Source of the DNA: Nitrospira japonica
Lineage (GTDB): Bacteria; Nitrospirota; Thermodesulfovibrionia; Thermodesulfovibrionales; DYHX01
Assembly (NCBI GenBank): GCA_020723925.1
Contig: DYHX01000001.1
Location: 5,687 to 69,686 of the forward strand
DNA: 64,000 nt
Reading direction: 5' to 3'
Numbering within the stretch: position 1 is the first letter of the stretch; each line of letters opens with the position of its first letter. A program made the translations under genes and the position numbers. Positions 53,319 through 62,445 of the stretch are shown piece after piece. The notes beneath the pieces are model-generated. The model was not told the DNA's origin, ran no database searches, and saw only the letters and a list, made by a program, of their open reading frames with translations.

Positions 53319-54529
53319 TCAATAAGTATTTAAAAAAACTTGGAGAGCAGGGTCTTTCAGATGAAGATAAGGCTGTATTACTTGGACTTGATGGTGAGAT
53401 GGTTTCTAACAAGCCTTTGACAGGCGATTATCTTGAATTAAGCAAAGTCTTTGATTTGATGGACATAAACAGCCTGCTCTTTGCTGAGCCTTCTGAGCCG
53501 TACAAGAGCATCATCGAAACCCTTGTGAGAAATGAGAAAATAAAACTTGTCCCTATAGATTGTGAGACAAGGACATTCCTGCATGATATACCAGTTGTCG
53601 AGGAATTGACTGCCAAATCCATTGCATCTGCACTCTCACACAGGAAGTCTATGATAATACGCAATAGGGGGATTGTCACATATGGGACGGTGACCCCTGA
53701 GCAGGCATTTATTTCTTTCAGCTCTACATGCTTTTCCACCTTTGTCAAATACTTCATAGATGCATTAATGTATCTGGAAGATTGCAGAATACATAACAAA
53801 AAGCCAGACACCCGGTTCATCGAAGATTTTATGTATATAAACAAATTAATCCAGGGTTCAAAACTGTTCACTCATCGCACATCACGGATCACTCTCCTGA
53901 AGGGCCCACCAGAAGATGAGGATACGGTCTACAGGATGCTTTCTCAGACAGGCAGGGAGGTGGTCAGACACAATCTGGTAGATTCCTATTTTGGAAACAT
54001 CTCCTTTGTCATCGGGGATAAGATTTATATCAGTCAGACAGGCAGCTCAATGGATGAACTTGAAGGCTGCGTAGACACAGTTCCCCTCGATGGTTCTTCA
54101 TCAGCAGGGATAACCGCCTCATCAGAACTCTCTGCGCATAAGGGCATATATAGCAAAACCGGAAAGAGGGCGATACTCCATGGGCATCCAAAGTTTTCGG
54201 TCATAATGTCGATGCACTGCTTGAGGGAGGGTTGTGATCGAGCTTTATGCTATAAGTCATGTAAGTATGAGAGGGACGTTCTTGGGGTGCCAGTGGTCTC
54301 AGGAGAAATTGGCACTGGCCCTGCTGGGCTTGTTCATACTGTGCCGCCTGCCATGAAGAAAGGGAAAGGCGTTATAGTGTACGGACACGGTGTATTCACC
54401 GCTGGAGATGATGACTTTATTGAGCCATTTAATCTGCTAAGAAATATAGAAGATATCTGCAGGAGAGAGTACTTTAAAAGGGTTATTGAGTTGTATAATG
54501 TCTTTCAAAACCCCTCTATTTTCTGTTAA
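53306..54529 (+). CDS. Tandem class II aldolase/adducin-like domain protein
   Basis: The C-terminal half has GNISFV..., SSELSAHKGIY, ILHGHPKF and VYGHGVFTAG (metal-binding His pattern of class II aldolases). The N-terminal half looks like a degenerate copy (MIIRNRGIVTYG). It overlaps the aor stop by 13 nt. Confidence 0.55.
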   Translation: MEKLINKYLKKLGEQGLSDEDKAVLLGLDGEMVSNKPLTGDYLELSKVFDLMDINSLLFAEPSEPYKSIIETLVRNEKIKLVPIDCETRTFLHDIPVVEELTAKSIASALSHRKSMIIRNRGIVTYGTVTPEQAFISFSSTCFSTFVKYFIDALMYLEDCRIHNKKPDTRFIEDFMYINKLIQGSKLFTHRTSRITLLKGPPEDEDTVYRMLSQTGREVVRHNLVDSYFGNISFVIGDKIYISQTGSSMDELEGCVDTVPLDGSSSAGITASSELSAHKGIYSKTGKRAILHGHPKFSVIMSMHCLREGCDRALCYKSCKYERDVLGVPVVSGEIGTGPAGLVHTVPPAMKKGKGVIVYGHGVFTAGDDDFIEPFNLLRNIEDICRREYFKRVIELYNVFQNPSIFC

Positions 54530-54615
54530 AATGGACACTCAAAAATATTAAAAGTAGTAAGTAGTTTGTAGTTAAGGGTTTTTAAATTCTTTCCTATAAT
54601 ACTGAGTGTGGAGGT

Positions 54616-55779
54616 TTGATAATGGATTATTTCTTAACCGAAGAACAGACAATGATAAGAGACCTGGCAAGGCAGATTGCAGAAGAGAAGGTTGTGCCTG
54701 TCAGGGAAGAGCTCGATGAAAGGGAAGAGTTTCCGTGGGAGATAATGAAGGTGCTCGCCCGGTCAGACCTTTTCGGTCTATTTATACCAGAGGAATATGG
54801 AGGGCTTGGAAAGGGAAGTCTTGAGCTATGCATTGCTGTCGAAGAGCTATCGAGGGCATGTCTTGGTGTCTCAACAACTTATGCAGCCAATGCGCTTGGG
54901 ACATTCCCGGTACTTCTCTTTGGCTCTGATGAACAGAAGAAGAAATACCTTCCTGATATAGCTGCTGGCAAAAGGCTTGTTGCATTCGGCCTTACAGAGG
55001 CTAACGCAGGTAGTGATGCTGGCGGTATCCAGACAACTGCAAGGCTCGAGGGGAATGAGTATGTTCTGAATGGTACAAAACAATGGATAACCAATGGCGG
55101 TGAGGCAGAAATCTACACAATCATTGCAATTACAGACAGGTCAAAGGGTGCAAGGGGTGCATCTGCATTTATAGTTGAAAAAGGGACTCTTGGTTTTAAT
55201 TTTGGGAAAAAAGAGAAGAAGATGGGAATAAGGGCATCTGCAACAAGGGAGCTGATATTCGACAATTGCAGGGTACCAAAGGAAAACATGATCGCAAAGG
55301 AAGGGATGGGATTCATCGTCGCGATGAAGACTCTCGACAACTCAAGGACTGGTGTTGGTGCACAGGGTGTTGGAGTTGCCCAGGGTGCCCTTGATGAGGC
55401 CATAAAATTTGCACGTGAGAGGCACCAGTTCGGACATCCTATAATCAGTTTCCAGGCAATACAGCACATGCTTGCTGACATGGCAACCCAGATTGAGGCA
55501 GCAAGATCGTTAGTGTATTCAGTTGCGAGATATATAGACAACGGCGCAAAGGATATCTCAAAGGAATCAGCCATGGCAAAGGTCTTTGCAACTGATGTTG
55601 CTATGAGGGTGACTATAGATGCGGTCCAGGTCATGGGCGGCTCTGGATATATGAGAGAGTATCCTGTTGAGAAGATGATGCGGGATGCAAAGATATTGCA
55701 GATTTACGAGGGGACAAACCAGATACAACGGAATGTCATCGGTCAGGCATTGATTAAAGAGGCAGCAAAAAGAAAGTAG
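54616..55779 (+). CDS. Acyl-CoA dehydrogenase (short-chain/butyryl-CoA type)
   Basis: LTEEQTMIRDLARQIAEE..., GLTEANAGSD, QIYEGTNQIQR. The start is likely MDYFL at 54622. Confidence 0.9.
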   Translation: MIMDYFLTEEQTMIRDLARQIAEEKVVPVREELDEREEFPWEIMKVLARSDLFGLFIPEEYGGLGKGSLELCIAVEELSRACLGVSTTYAANALGTFPVLLFGSDEQKKKYLPDIAAGKRLVAFGLTEANAGSDAGGIQTTARLEGNEYVLNGTKQWITNGGEAEIYTIIAITDRSKGARGASAFIVEKGTLGFNFGKKEKKMGIRASATRELIFDNCRVPKENMIAKEGMGFIVAMKTLDNSRTGVGAQGVGVAQGALDEAIKFARERHQFGHPIISFQAIQHMLADMATQIEAARSLVYSVARYIDNGAKDISKESAMAKVFATDVAMRVTIDAVQVMGGSGYMREYPVEKMMRDAKILQIYEGTNQIQRNVIGQALIKEAAKRK

Positions 55780-55818
55780 TCAGTAGAAAAAGTAGTAAGT
55801 AGTTAAGGGGGAAATAAA

Positions 55819-56601
55819 ATGAACATAATTGTCTGCATTAAGCAGGTTCCAGATACCGCTGAGGTGAGGATTAATCCTGAGACCAACACCCTTATCAGGG
55901 ATGGAGTTCCAAGTATTATAAACCCTTACGATACTCATGCACTTGAGGCAGGATTGCAGATTAAAGAAAGAGTAGGGGGTAAGGTGACAGTTATCACTAT
56001 GGGACCTCCACAGGCAGAGACCGCCCTCAGAGAGGCATTATCAATGGGTGCAGATGATGCGTTGCTTCTTACAGACAAGGCATTTGCTGGCTCTGATACA
56101 TGGGCAACATCATATACGCTTGCAAAAGCAGTAGAGAAGCTCGGCGCTGACATAATCCTCTGCGGGAAACAGGCAATAGACGGAGACACTGCTCAGGTCG
56201 GACCTGAAATGGCAGAATTCTTAAACATCCCACATATAGCATATATAAGAAAGATAGAAGAGGTTAAGGCAGACTCAATAAGGGTTCAACGTCTAATGGA
56301 TGAGGGATATGACATTGTTGAATCCTCCCTGCCAGTTCTGTTAACAGTAGTAAAAGAATTAAATGAGCCGAGGCTTCCGTCTCTTAAGGGAAAGATGGCT
56401 GCAAAGAAGGCAGAGATAAAGAAAATGGGGCCTGCGGATTTAGGTGCAGATGAAAATAACCTCGGACTTAAAGGCTCGCCAACACAGGTAAAAAACATAT
56501 TTGCACCAGAGGCTAAAAAGGACAGAAAGATGCTTGAAGGCACGCCAGAACAGCAGGTTGATAGACTGATACAGGAACTGAGGAGGCTAAAGTGCGTATA
56601 G
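55819..56601 (+). CDS. etfB: Electron transfer flavoprotein beta subunit
   Basis: MNIIVCIKQVPD...INPYD...LLCGKQAIDGDTAQVG. Confidence 0.9.
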   Translation: MNIIVCIKQVPDTAEVRINPETNTLIRDGVPSIINPYDTHALEAGLQIKERVGGKVTVITMGPPQAETALREALSMGADDALLLTDKAFAGSDTWATSYTLAKAVEKLGADIILCGKQAIDGDTAQVGPEMAEFLNIPHIAYIRKIEEVKADSIRVQRLMDEGYDIVESSLPVLLTVVKELNEPRLPSLKGKMAAKKAEIKKMGPADLGADENNLGLKGSPTQVKNIFAPEAKKDRKMLEGTPEQQVDRLIQELRRLKCV

Positions 56602-57779
56602 TTGTCAATCGGGATATATGTACAGGTTGTGAAGAATGTTTAGGTTCATGTCCATTTAGCGCTATTGTCATTAAAGAGGGCAAGGCATTTATTACAGAAT
56701 ACTGCGATCTCTGCAGGGCATGTCTAAGCGTATGCCCTGTGGGTGCGATAGAAGAGGTCGAGGAAGAAGGAGATAGGAAGAAAGTAGAAAAAGGTCGAGG
56801 GGTATGGGTCTTTGCAGAACAACGCGGAGGGAAGATAGCATCTGTTGCTTATGAGTTGCTTGGTGCTGGGAGAAGGCTTGCATCCGAATTACAGACAGAG
56901 CTGGTGGCAGTTTTGTTTGGTTCTGGTGAATCAGAGGCGCGAGAGCTTATAAAATGGGGGGCTGATAAAGTATACCTATGCAATGAACCGATGCTGGAGA
57001 AGTTTAATGACGAACCATACGCGGAACTTTTATCCACATTAATAAAAGAACATAAGCCGGAGATAGTCCTTGCAGGTGCAACACCCATCGGTCGTTCATT
57101 TATACCGAGGGTTGCTGCAAGGCTCAGGACTGGGCTCACTGCAGACTGCACTTCTCTTGAGATAGACAAAGACACAAAAAATTTATTACAGATACGTCCT
57201 GCCTTTGGAGGGAATATAATGGCAACAATCCTGTGTCCTCACAGCAGACCCCAGATGGCAACTGTAAGGCCGCGTGTAATGAAGAGGGGCGAATATGTTG
57301 AGGGAAGGGCAGGTGAAGTAATTTATGTTAAGGCAGACAGCATCGCATCAAGGACAAGGGTAACAGATACGATAAAAGAGGTCTCAGAGGTTGCAGTAAA
57401 CCTCCAGGAGGCAGATGTCATTGTTTCAGGTGGAAGAGGGCTTGGAGACGCAAAGGGCTTTAACCTGCTACTTGAGCTTGCAGAGACACTTGAGGGCGCT
57501 GTTGGAGCATCAAGGGCTGCTGTTGATGCAGGATGGATTTCATACAGTCACCAGGTTGGCCAGACCGGAAAGACAGTCTGTCCAAAGCTCTATATTGCAT
57601 GTGGAATCTCAGGTGCTGTGCAGCATCTTGTAGGCATGCAGTCATCAGATGTAATTGTGGCGATAAATAAAAACCCAGAGGCGCCAATATTTAATGTGGC
57701 AACATATGGGATAGTTGGAGATTTGTTCGAGATCGTGCCGTTGCTTATAAAGAAAGTTAAAGAGGCAAGGGGAATATGA
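56592..57779 (+). CDS. etfA: Electron transfer flavoprotein alpha subunit with N-terminal 2x[4Fe-4S] ferredoxin domain
   Basis: CTGCEECLGSCP and CDLCRACLSVCP are followed by a full EtfA (VSGGRGLG..., GASRAAVDAGW, GISGAVQH). Confidence 0.85.
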   Translation: MRIVVNRDICTGCEECLGSCPFSAIVIKEGKAFITEYCDLCRACLSVCPVGAIEEVEEEGDRKKVEKGRGVWVFAEQRGGKIASVAYELLGAGRRLASELQTELVAVLFGSGESEARELIKWGADKVYLCNEPMLEKFNDEPYAELLSTLIKEHKPEIVLAGATPIGRSFIPRVAARLRTGLTADCTSLEIDKDTKNLLQIRPAFGGNIMATILCPHSRPQMATVRPRVMKRGEYVEGRAGEVIYVKADSIASRTRVTDTIKEVSEVAVNLQEADVIVSGGRGLGDAKGFNLLLELAETLEGAVGASRAAVDAGWISYSHQVGQTGKTVCPKLYIACGISGAVQHLVGMQSSDVIVAINKNPEAPIFNVATYGIVGDLFEIVPLLIKKVKEARGI

Positions 57780-57816
57780 AGTTAAAAGTTAAAAGTTTAA
57801 AGTTCAAAGTTAATGC

Positions 57817-58764
57817 ATGAAGCTTGCCTTTGTCTTTCCTGGCCAAGGTTCTCAGTATGTTGGGATGGGTAATGACCTCTATAACAATTTTGATGAGGTA
57901 AAAGAACTTTACAAGGAAGCCTCTGAAGTCCTTGGTTATGACGTTGCTGACCTGAGCTTTAAAGGGCCGCAGGAAGAACTGAATAAAACATTAAGGACTC
58001 AGCCATGCCTTCTTATTGCAAGTATTGCAGCTTTCAAGGTTTTAGTCTCAGAGGGAATTAAACCGTCTGTTGTTGCAGGGCACAGCCTCGGTGAATATTC
58101 TGCCCTTGCTGCAGCAGAGGTTATCTCATTTAGAGATGCTGTGACACTCACAGATAAACGCGGACAGTTTATGCAGGAGGCAGTGCCAGAAGGTAAGGGA
58201 CTCATGGCTGCAATTCTTGGATTGAGCAGGAATAATATCGATGAGATATGCCTGTCGGTTCAGTCAGGGTATGTTTCACCTGCAAACTACAATTGCCCCG
58301 GTCAAATAGTCATTGCTGGAGAGAAAAAAGCAGTTGAAGATGCTATGAAGCTTGCAAGAGAGGCCGGCGCTAAAAGGGCAGTGCCCCTTGCAATCAGTGT
58401 GCCATCCCATTGCACCTTGATGGCTGATGCCTCTAACAGGCTTGCCGAGTTACTCAATAAGATAGAATTTAAGAATCCATTGATTCCGATAGTAAATAAT
58501 GCAGATGCAATGTTTCTCAATAATATAGAGAGCATAAAGGCATCACTTGTTCGTCAACTTAACCGTCCACTCCTCTGGGAAGACTCAATAAAGGTTATAG
58601 TCGAATCAGGAGTCAATGCCTTTATCGAGGTTGGCCCAGGTAAGGTCCTCTCTGGGCTTATTAAGAGGATAGAGCCAGAAGCAAAAATTTTTAATGTTGA
58701 GGATAGAGATAGCTTAGAGAAGACCCTCATCAGTCTTGGCGAAAGAAGGATGAAGGCAGGATGA
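57817..58764 (+). CDS. fabD: Malonyl-CoA:ACP transacylase
   Basis: FPGQGSQYVGMG and GHSLGEYSAL active-site motifs. Confidence 0.9.
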   Translation: MKLAFVFPGQGSQYVGMGNDLYNNFDEVKELYKEASEVLGYDVADLSFKGPQEELNKTLRTQPCLLIASIAAFKVLVSEGIKPSVVAGHSLGEYSALAAAEVISFRDAVTLTDKRGQFMQEAVPEGKGLMAAILGLSRNNIDEICLSVQSGYVSPANYNCPGQIVIAGEKKAVEDAMKLAREAGAKRAVPLAISVPSHCTLMADASNRLAELLNKIEFKNPLIPIVNNADAMFLNNIESIKASLVRQLNRPLLWEDSIKVIVESGVNAFIEVGPGKVLSGLIKRIEPEAKIFNVEDRDSLEKTLISLGERRMKAG

Positions 58765-58784
58765 GAGGAAATACAAAGGCATAG

Positions 58785-59731
58785 ATGTTTACTAAACTCG
58801 GAAGTAATATCATTGTGGCTTTTGTGTTAGTTCTTGCTGCTGTGCTTGCGGTTGGGGGTATTTCGATGTTTTCAGCCAATGCCATCATGGACAACACCCA
58901 TCATATCGAGGAAGAAAGCAAGCACATAAGAATTATTGATGGTATACATGCCTCTGTTTATCGCTTAATCCTCTCTATTCATCACTTTATTATCGTTCAT
59001 AATCCAGAATATTTTGAGGATGCAAATAGACTGCTGAAGGAGATAGAAAGAAAGGTAGAAGAGTATATAAAGATCGAGGAGGCAGAGACATATCCAGAGA
59101 AGGAGATAGAGATAAGGCTTTTGAAAGAGATAAGGGATAACATTGGGAAGATCAGGGGACATTCAGGTTGGCTAGTAGAAGAATTTTCAAAAACACGCCG
59201 GATTAATGACAGAAAGCTGATAGATCTGGAGAATTTTGCCTATAACATAGAGTCCAAAGTAGCAGAGATAAACAAGGTGCACTTTGATCAGATATCCAAT
59301 CGGGTTAAGCGCTCAAAGGAGAGTATGGGGCTAATACTGCGTTTGTACATAATATTTCCGGTAGTAGGGGTTATCTCTGTTGTCCTTGGACATATCCTGC
59401 TGTCTCGTAAGGTAGTCATGCCGATTCAGCGATTAGCTTCTGCCTCTCTGTGAATGCCATTCAAGCAATGCCCGATGGAGGAACCCTGACCATAGGGACG
59501 CTTAAGGATGGTCAAAAAATTCTGATAAGGGTCTCTGATACAGGAAAGGGTATCCCGCCTGAAATAATGAAGGACATATTTACTCCCATGTTCAGTACTA
59601 AAGAAGAGGGGTTAGGACTTGGTTTATCAATTGCGCAGAGGATTGTGGAAGCTCACGGAGGGAAGATAATGTGCAGGAGTGAGACTAACAAGGGCACTGT
59701 GTTCGAGATCATGATTCCGCTTAAAATATAG
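58785..59731 (+). pseudogene. Sensor histidine kinase remnant: sensor/TM part and HATPase_c part in different frames, DHp (His) domain missing
   Basis: ORF 58785-59453 has TM, a helical sensor, TM, and only the start of a linker (VMPIQRLASASL*). ORF 59450-59731 begins at the N-box (NAIQAMPDGG) and contains DTGKGIP, GLGLGLSIA and the G-boxes only. No H-box is present anywhere. Confidence 0.65.
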
Positions 59732-59776
59732 AAGGATAAAATCAGGTCTCCCGCCGATGTCTTAAAAGGAAAGGTT

Positions 59777-61135
59777 ATGCGTCCATCAGTCTTGATAGTA
59801 GACGACGATAAGATTACGAGAGATAGTCTATCAAAGGCTCTGTCTGACAGCTACAATACCTGTACCGCTAAAAATGGACAGGAGGCGATGGTTCTTCTTG
59901 ATAATGAGAATATAGATGTTGTGATAACGGACATAAAGATACCCCTGATGAGCGGGATAGACCTTATGGAGAAGATTCATTCGTCAGGCCTTGAACCTAT
60001 AGTAATCATGGTTACAGGCTACGCAACGGTGGAATCAGCAGTAGATGCAATGAAGAAAGGGGCATATGACTATATAACAAAGCCTGTAAACATTGACAGA
60101 CTACAGATACTCATAGAAAAGGCATTAGAAGACAAAAGACTCAGAAGAGACAATATCCTGCTTAGACAGAAGATCAGGGAGCATTTTTGCTTTGCAAATA
60201 TAATCGGAAATTCAAGGTGGATAAGGGAGATTATAGATGTTATTCATCAGATATCTTCTACAAAGGCGACTGTACTGATTCAGGGTGAGAGCGGTACCGG
60301 CAAAGAACTTATAGCCAATGCAATCCATTACAACAGTCCTGTTTCCCTTGCCCCGTTCATAAAGGTAAGCTGTGCTACCCTTGCAGAGGGCGTACTCGAG
60401 AGCGAGATCTTCGGACATGAGAAAGGAGCATTCACAGGCGCACTTTATACCAAAAAAGGAAGGTTTGAACTTGCGGACGGGGGAACTCTCTTTTTAGATG
60501 AGGTCGGAGATATACCTCTTTCCACACAGGTTAAACTTCTGAGGGTTCTTCAGGAACAGGAGTTTGAAAGGGTCGGTGGCACAAAGACTATCAAGGTGGA
60601 TGTGAGGATTATCGCTGCTACCAACAAGAGGTTGGAGGATCTGGTTAAGGAGAATAAGTTCAGGGAGGATCTATACTACAGGCTGAGGGTAGTTACGATA
60701 GAGGTGCCACCTTTAAGAGAGAGGAAAGAAGACATTCCATTACTCACAGTGCATTTTCTGAAACACTTTTCGGAGAGTCATGGGAAGGAAGTCAAAAACA
60801 TATCTCCTGAGGCAATGCAGTGGATGATCGCATACGATTGGCCCGGAAATGTCAGGGAGCTTATGAACTGTATAGAGAGCATGGTGGTTATGTCGAAAGG
60901 TGATACCATAAATCTTGAGAGTCTCCCTGACTATATATTCTCAAGGGAGGATAAAAATGAAATATCGGTATATAAACCTGTACCCATTATAGAAATAGAG
61001 AGACACGCCATACAAAATACCTTGAAGTCTGTAGGCTGGAATAAGGCAAAGGCAGCAAGGATGTTAGGGATTGGATTGAGGACATTATACAGGAAGTTAG
61101 AGGTATACGGGATTAAAAACAAGCCAGAAAAATAG
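59777..61135 (+). CDS. Sigma-54-dependent response regulator (NtrC family: REC-AAA+-Fis HTH)
   Basis: REC domain (VLIVDDD...ITDIKIP), GESGTGKE, GAFTGA and a C-terminal HTH AARMLGIGLRTLYRKL. Confidence 0.9.
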   Translation: MRPSVLIVDDDKITRDSLSKALSDSYNTCTAKNGQEAMVLLDNENIDVVITDIKIPLMSGIDLMEKIHSSGLEPIVIMVTGYATVESAVDAMKKGAYDYITKPVNIDRLQILIEKALEDKRLRRDNILLRQKIREHFCFANIIGNSRWIREIIDVIHQISSTKATVLIQGESGTGKELIANAIHYNSPVSLAPFIKVSCATLAEGVLESEIFGHEKGAFTGALYTKKGRFELADGGTLFLDEVGDIPLSTQVKLLRVLQEQEFERVGGTKTIKVDVRIIAATNKRLEDLVKENKFREDLYYRLRVVTIEVPPLRERKEDIPLLTVHFLKHFSESHGKEVKNISPEAMQWMIAYDWPGNVRELMNCIESMVVMSKGDTINLESLPDYIFSREDKNEISVYKPVPIIEIERHAIQNTLKSVGWNKAKAARMLGIGLRTLYRKLEVYGIKNKPEK

Positions 61136-61167
61136 GGGCGACCCTCTGTGGTCACCCTTTATTTGTT

Positions 61168-61201
61168 CACCCCCACAACCTATGCATAGGTGTGGGGGTG
61201 A
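61168..61201. terminator. Palindromic hairpin between convergent genes
   Basis: cacccccacaacctatg/cataggtgtgggggtg. There is no clear U-tract. Confidence 0.45.
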
Positions 61202-61249
61202 AGTTACAGAAGTCCCCTCCATTTTTTGAACAGTCTCATTATCCTCTTA

Positions 61250-61705
61250 TCACAGTGGAGTAATCTTATTTAATTCTTCTTCTGTCAATTCTGCCCTTTT
61301 CTTCAGGTTCCATGAACCAACCCACTTCTTGAAAACCGATAGGTTGTTCTGGCGCTCATCCTCTGTAGAGCCAAGATATTGATACATGTTTCCGGGCCTT
61401 CCATCAGCTTTTGATTTACCATCATCAAGCCTCCGCATTAGGGCCCCAGCATCTTTTCCGTTAACAAAGATAATCAGATTCTCGTAGGTGTCCATCCTTG
61501 GCCCTTTCATCATCTGTTTGAATCTCTCCTTATCTTTCTTGAAGTCCTCAAGGGTTGGGGCATTATTTCCGTGGCAGGCAACGCACTTTGCAGCCATTAT
61601 AGCCTGAATCTTGCCGTTGTAGGTTACTGTTTCAGCATATCCAAACCCAAAAAGAAACAAGACCATTGCTATTGCTGAACCTAAAATCTTTTTCATAAAG
61701 ATCAC
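61250..61705 (-). CDS. Periplasmic monohaem c-type cytochrome
   Basis: Signal peptide (start probably MKKILG at 61696) and a single CVACHG motif. Confidence 0.7.
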   Translation of the reverse strand: MIFMKKILGSAIAMVLFLFGFGYAETVTYNGKIQAIMAAKCVACHGNNAPTLEDFKKDKERFKQMMKGPRMDTYENLIIFVNGKDAGALMRRLDDGKSKADGRPGNMYQYLGSTEDERQNNLSVFKKWVGSWNLKKRAELTEEELNKITPL

Positions 61706-61860
61706 CTCCTTTCCTTCATAAAATCTGTTTATGCAGGGCTAAAGACCCATACATCGTTATCATTGAACAGCTTCACTACAAATCTTTAAGCTATTTCCAT
61801 ACCAGGGATAAATATCCATATAATTCAAAGGGTTACAGCAGAAGGCTCAGGTGAGCATGC

Positions 61861-61913
61861 GTCATAATGGCAATATAAAATAGAGGGAGAGCTACCTTTT
61901 ATGCCATTATGAC
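61861..61913. repeat. 12-bp perfect inverted repeat GTCATAATGGCA with 29-nt spacer
   Basis: 61861-61872 is the exact reverse complement of 61902-61913. It lies in the divergent intergenic region next to the NtrC-type regulator locus. Confidence 0.7.
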
Positions 61914-62005
61914 ATTAAAGGATTGGATCTTTAGACTGTGTACGACATCAAGATATAAAGCAGATTTTCAGAAAATATTCATTCCATCTTCACAACTTCT
62001 TCAAA

Positions 62006-62443
62006 ATGCGAGAGGTATTATGTGATGTATTAAAAATAAACCAGGAGGGGACCATGAAAAAGATAGCGCTTAGTTTTCTTGTGATGCTTTTTGTTGCAGG
62101 CATTGCCTATGCAAAAGATTACGAGGTAAAGAAAAAGGCAGGGGATTATGATGTCGTAGTGAAAATTGATAAGAACCCGCCTGTTGTTGGTGACAACAAT
62201 ATCACCATTGAAATCAAGGACGCATCAGGCAAATATGTCACTGATGCAAAGGTGAAGGTCGAATACTTCATGCCAGCAATGCCTGGAATGCCGGCAATGA
62301 ACTACAAGACTGATGCAGCATTGAGCGGAAATGAATATAAGGCGAAGATGAATCTCTCCATGTCAGGGGCATGGAATATCGCTGTAAAGATAACCCGTGG
62401 TGGTAAGACATCAACGGCAAAGTTCAATGTGGATGCGCGGTAG
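62006..62443 (+). CDS. Secreted FixH/YtkA-like beta-sandwich protein with Met-rich loop (metal-efflux accessory?)
   Basis: The likely start is MKKIALSF at 62054 with a signal peptide. It has a PPVVGDNNITIEIKD pattern and an FMPAMPGMPAMNY methionine cluster. Confidence 0.5.
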   Translation: MREVLCDVLKINQEGTMKKIALSFLVMLFVAGIAYAKDYEVKKKAGDYDVVVKIDKNPPVVGDNNITIEIKDASGKYVTDAKVKVEYFMPAMPGMPAMNYKTDAALSGNEYKAKMNLSMSGAWNIAVKITRGGKTSTAKFNVDAR

Positions 62444-62445
62444 AA

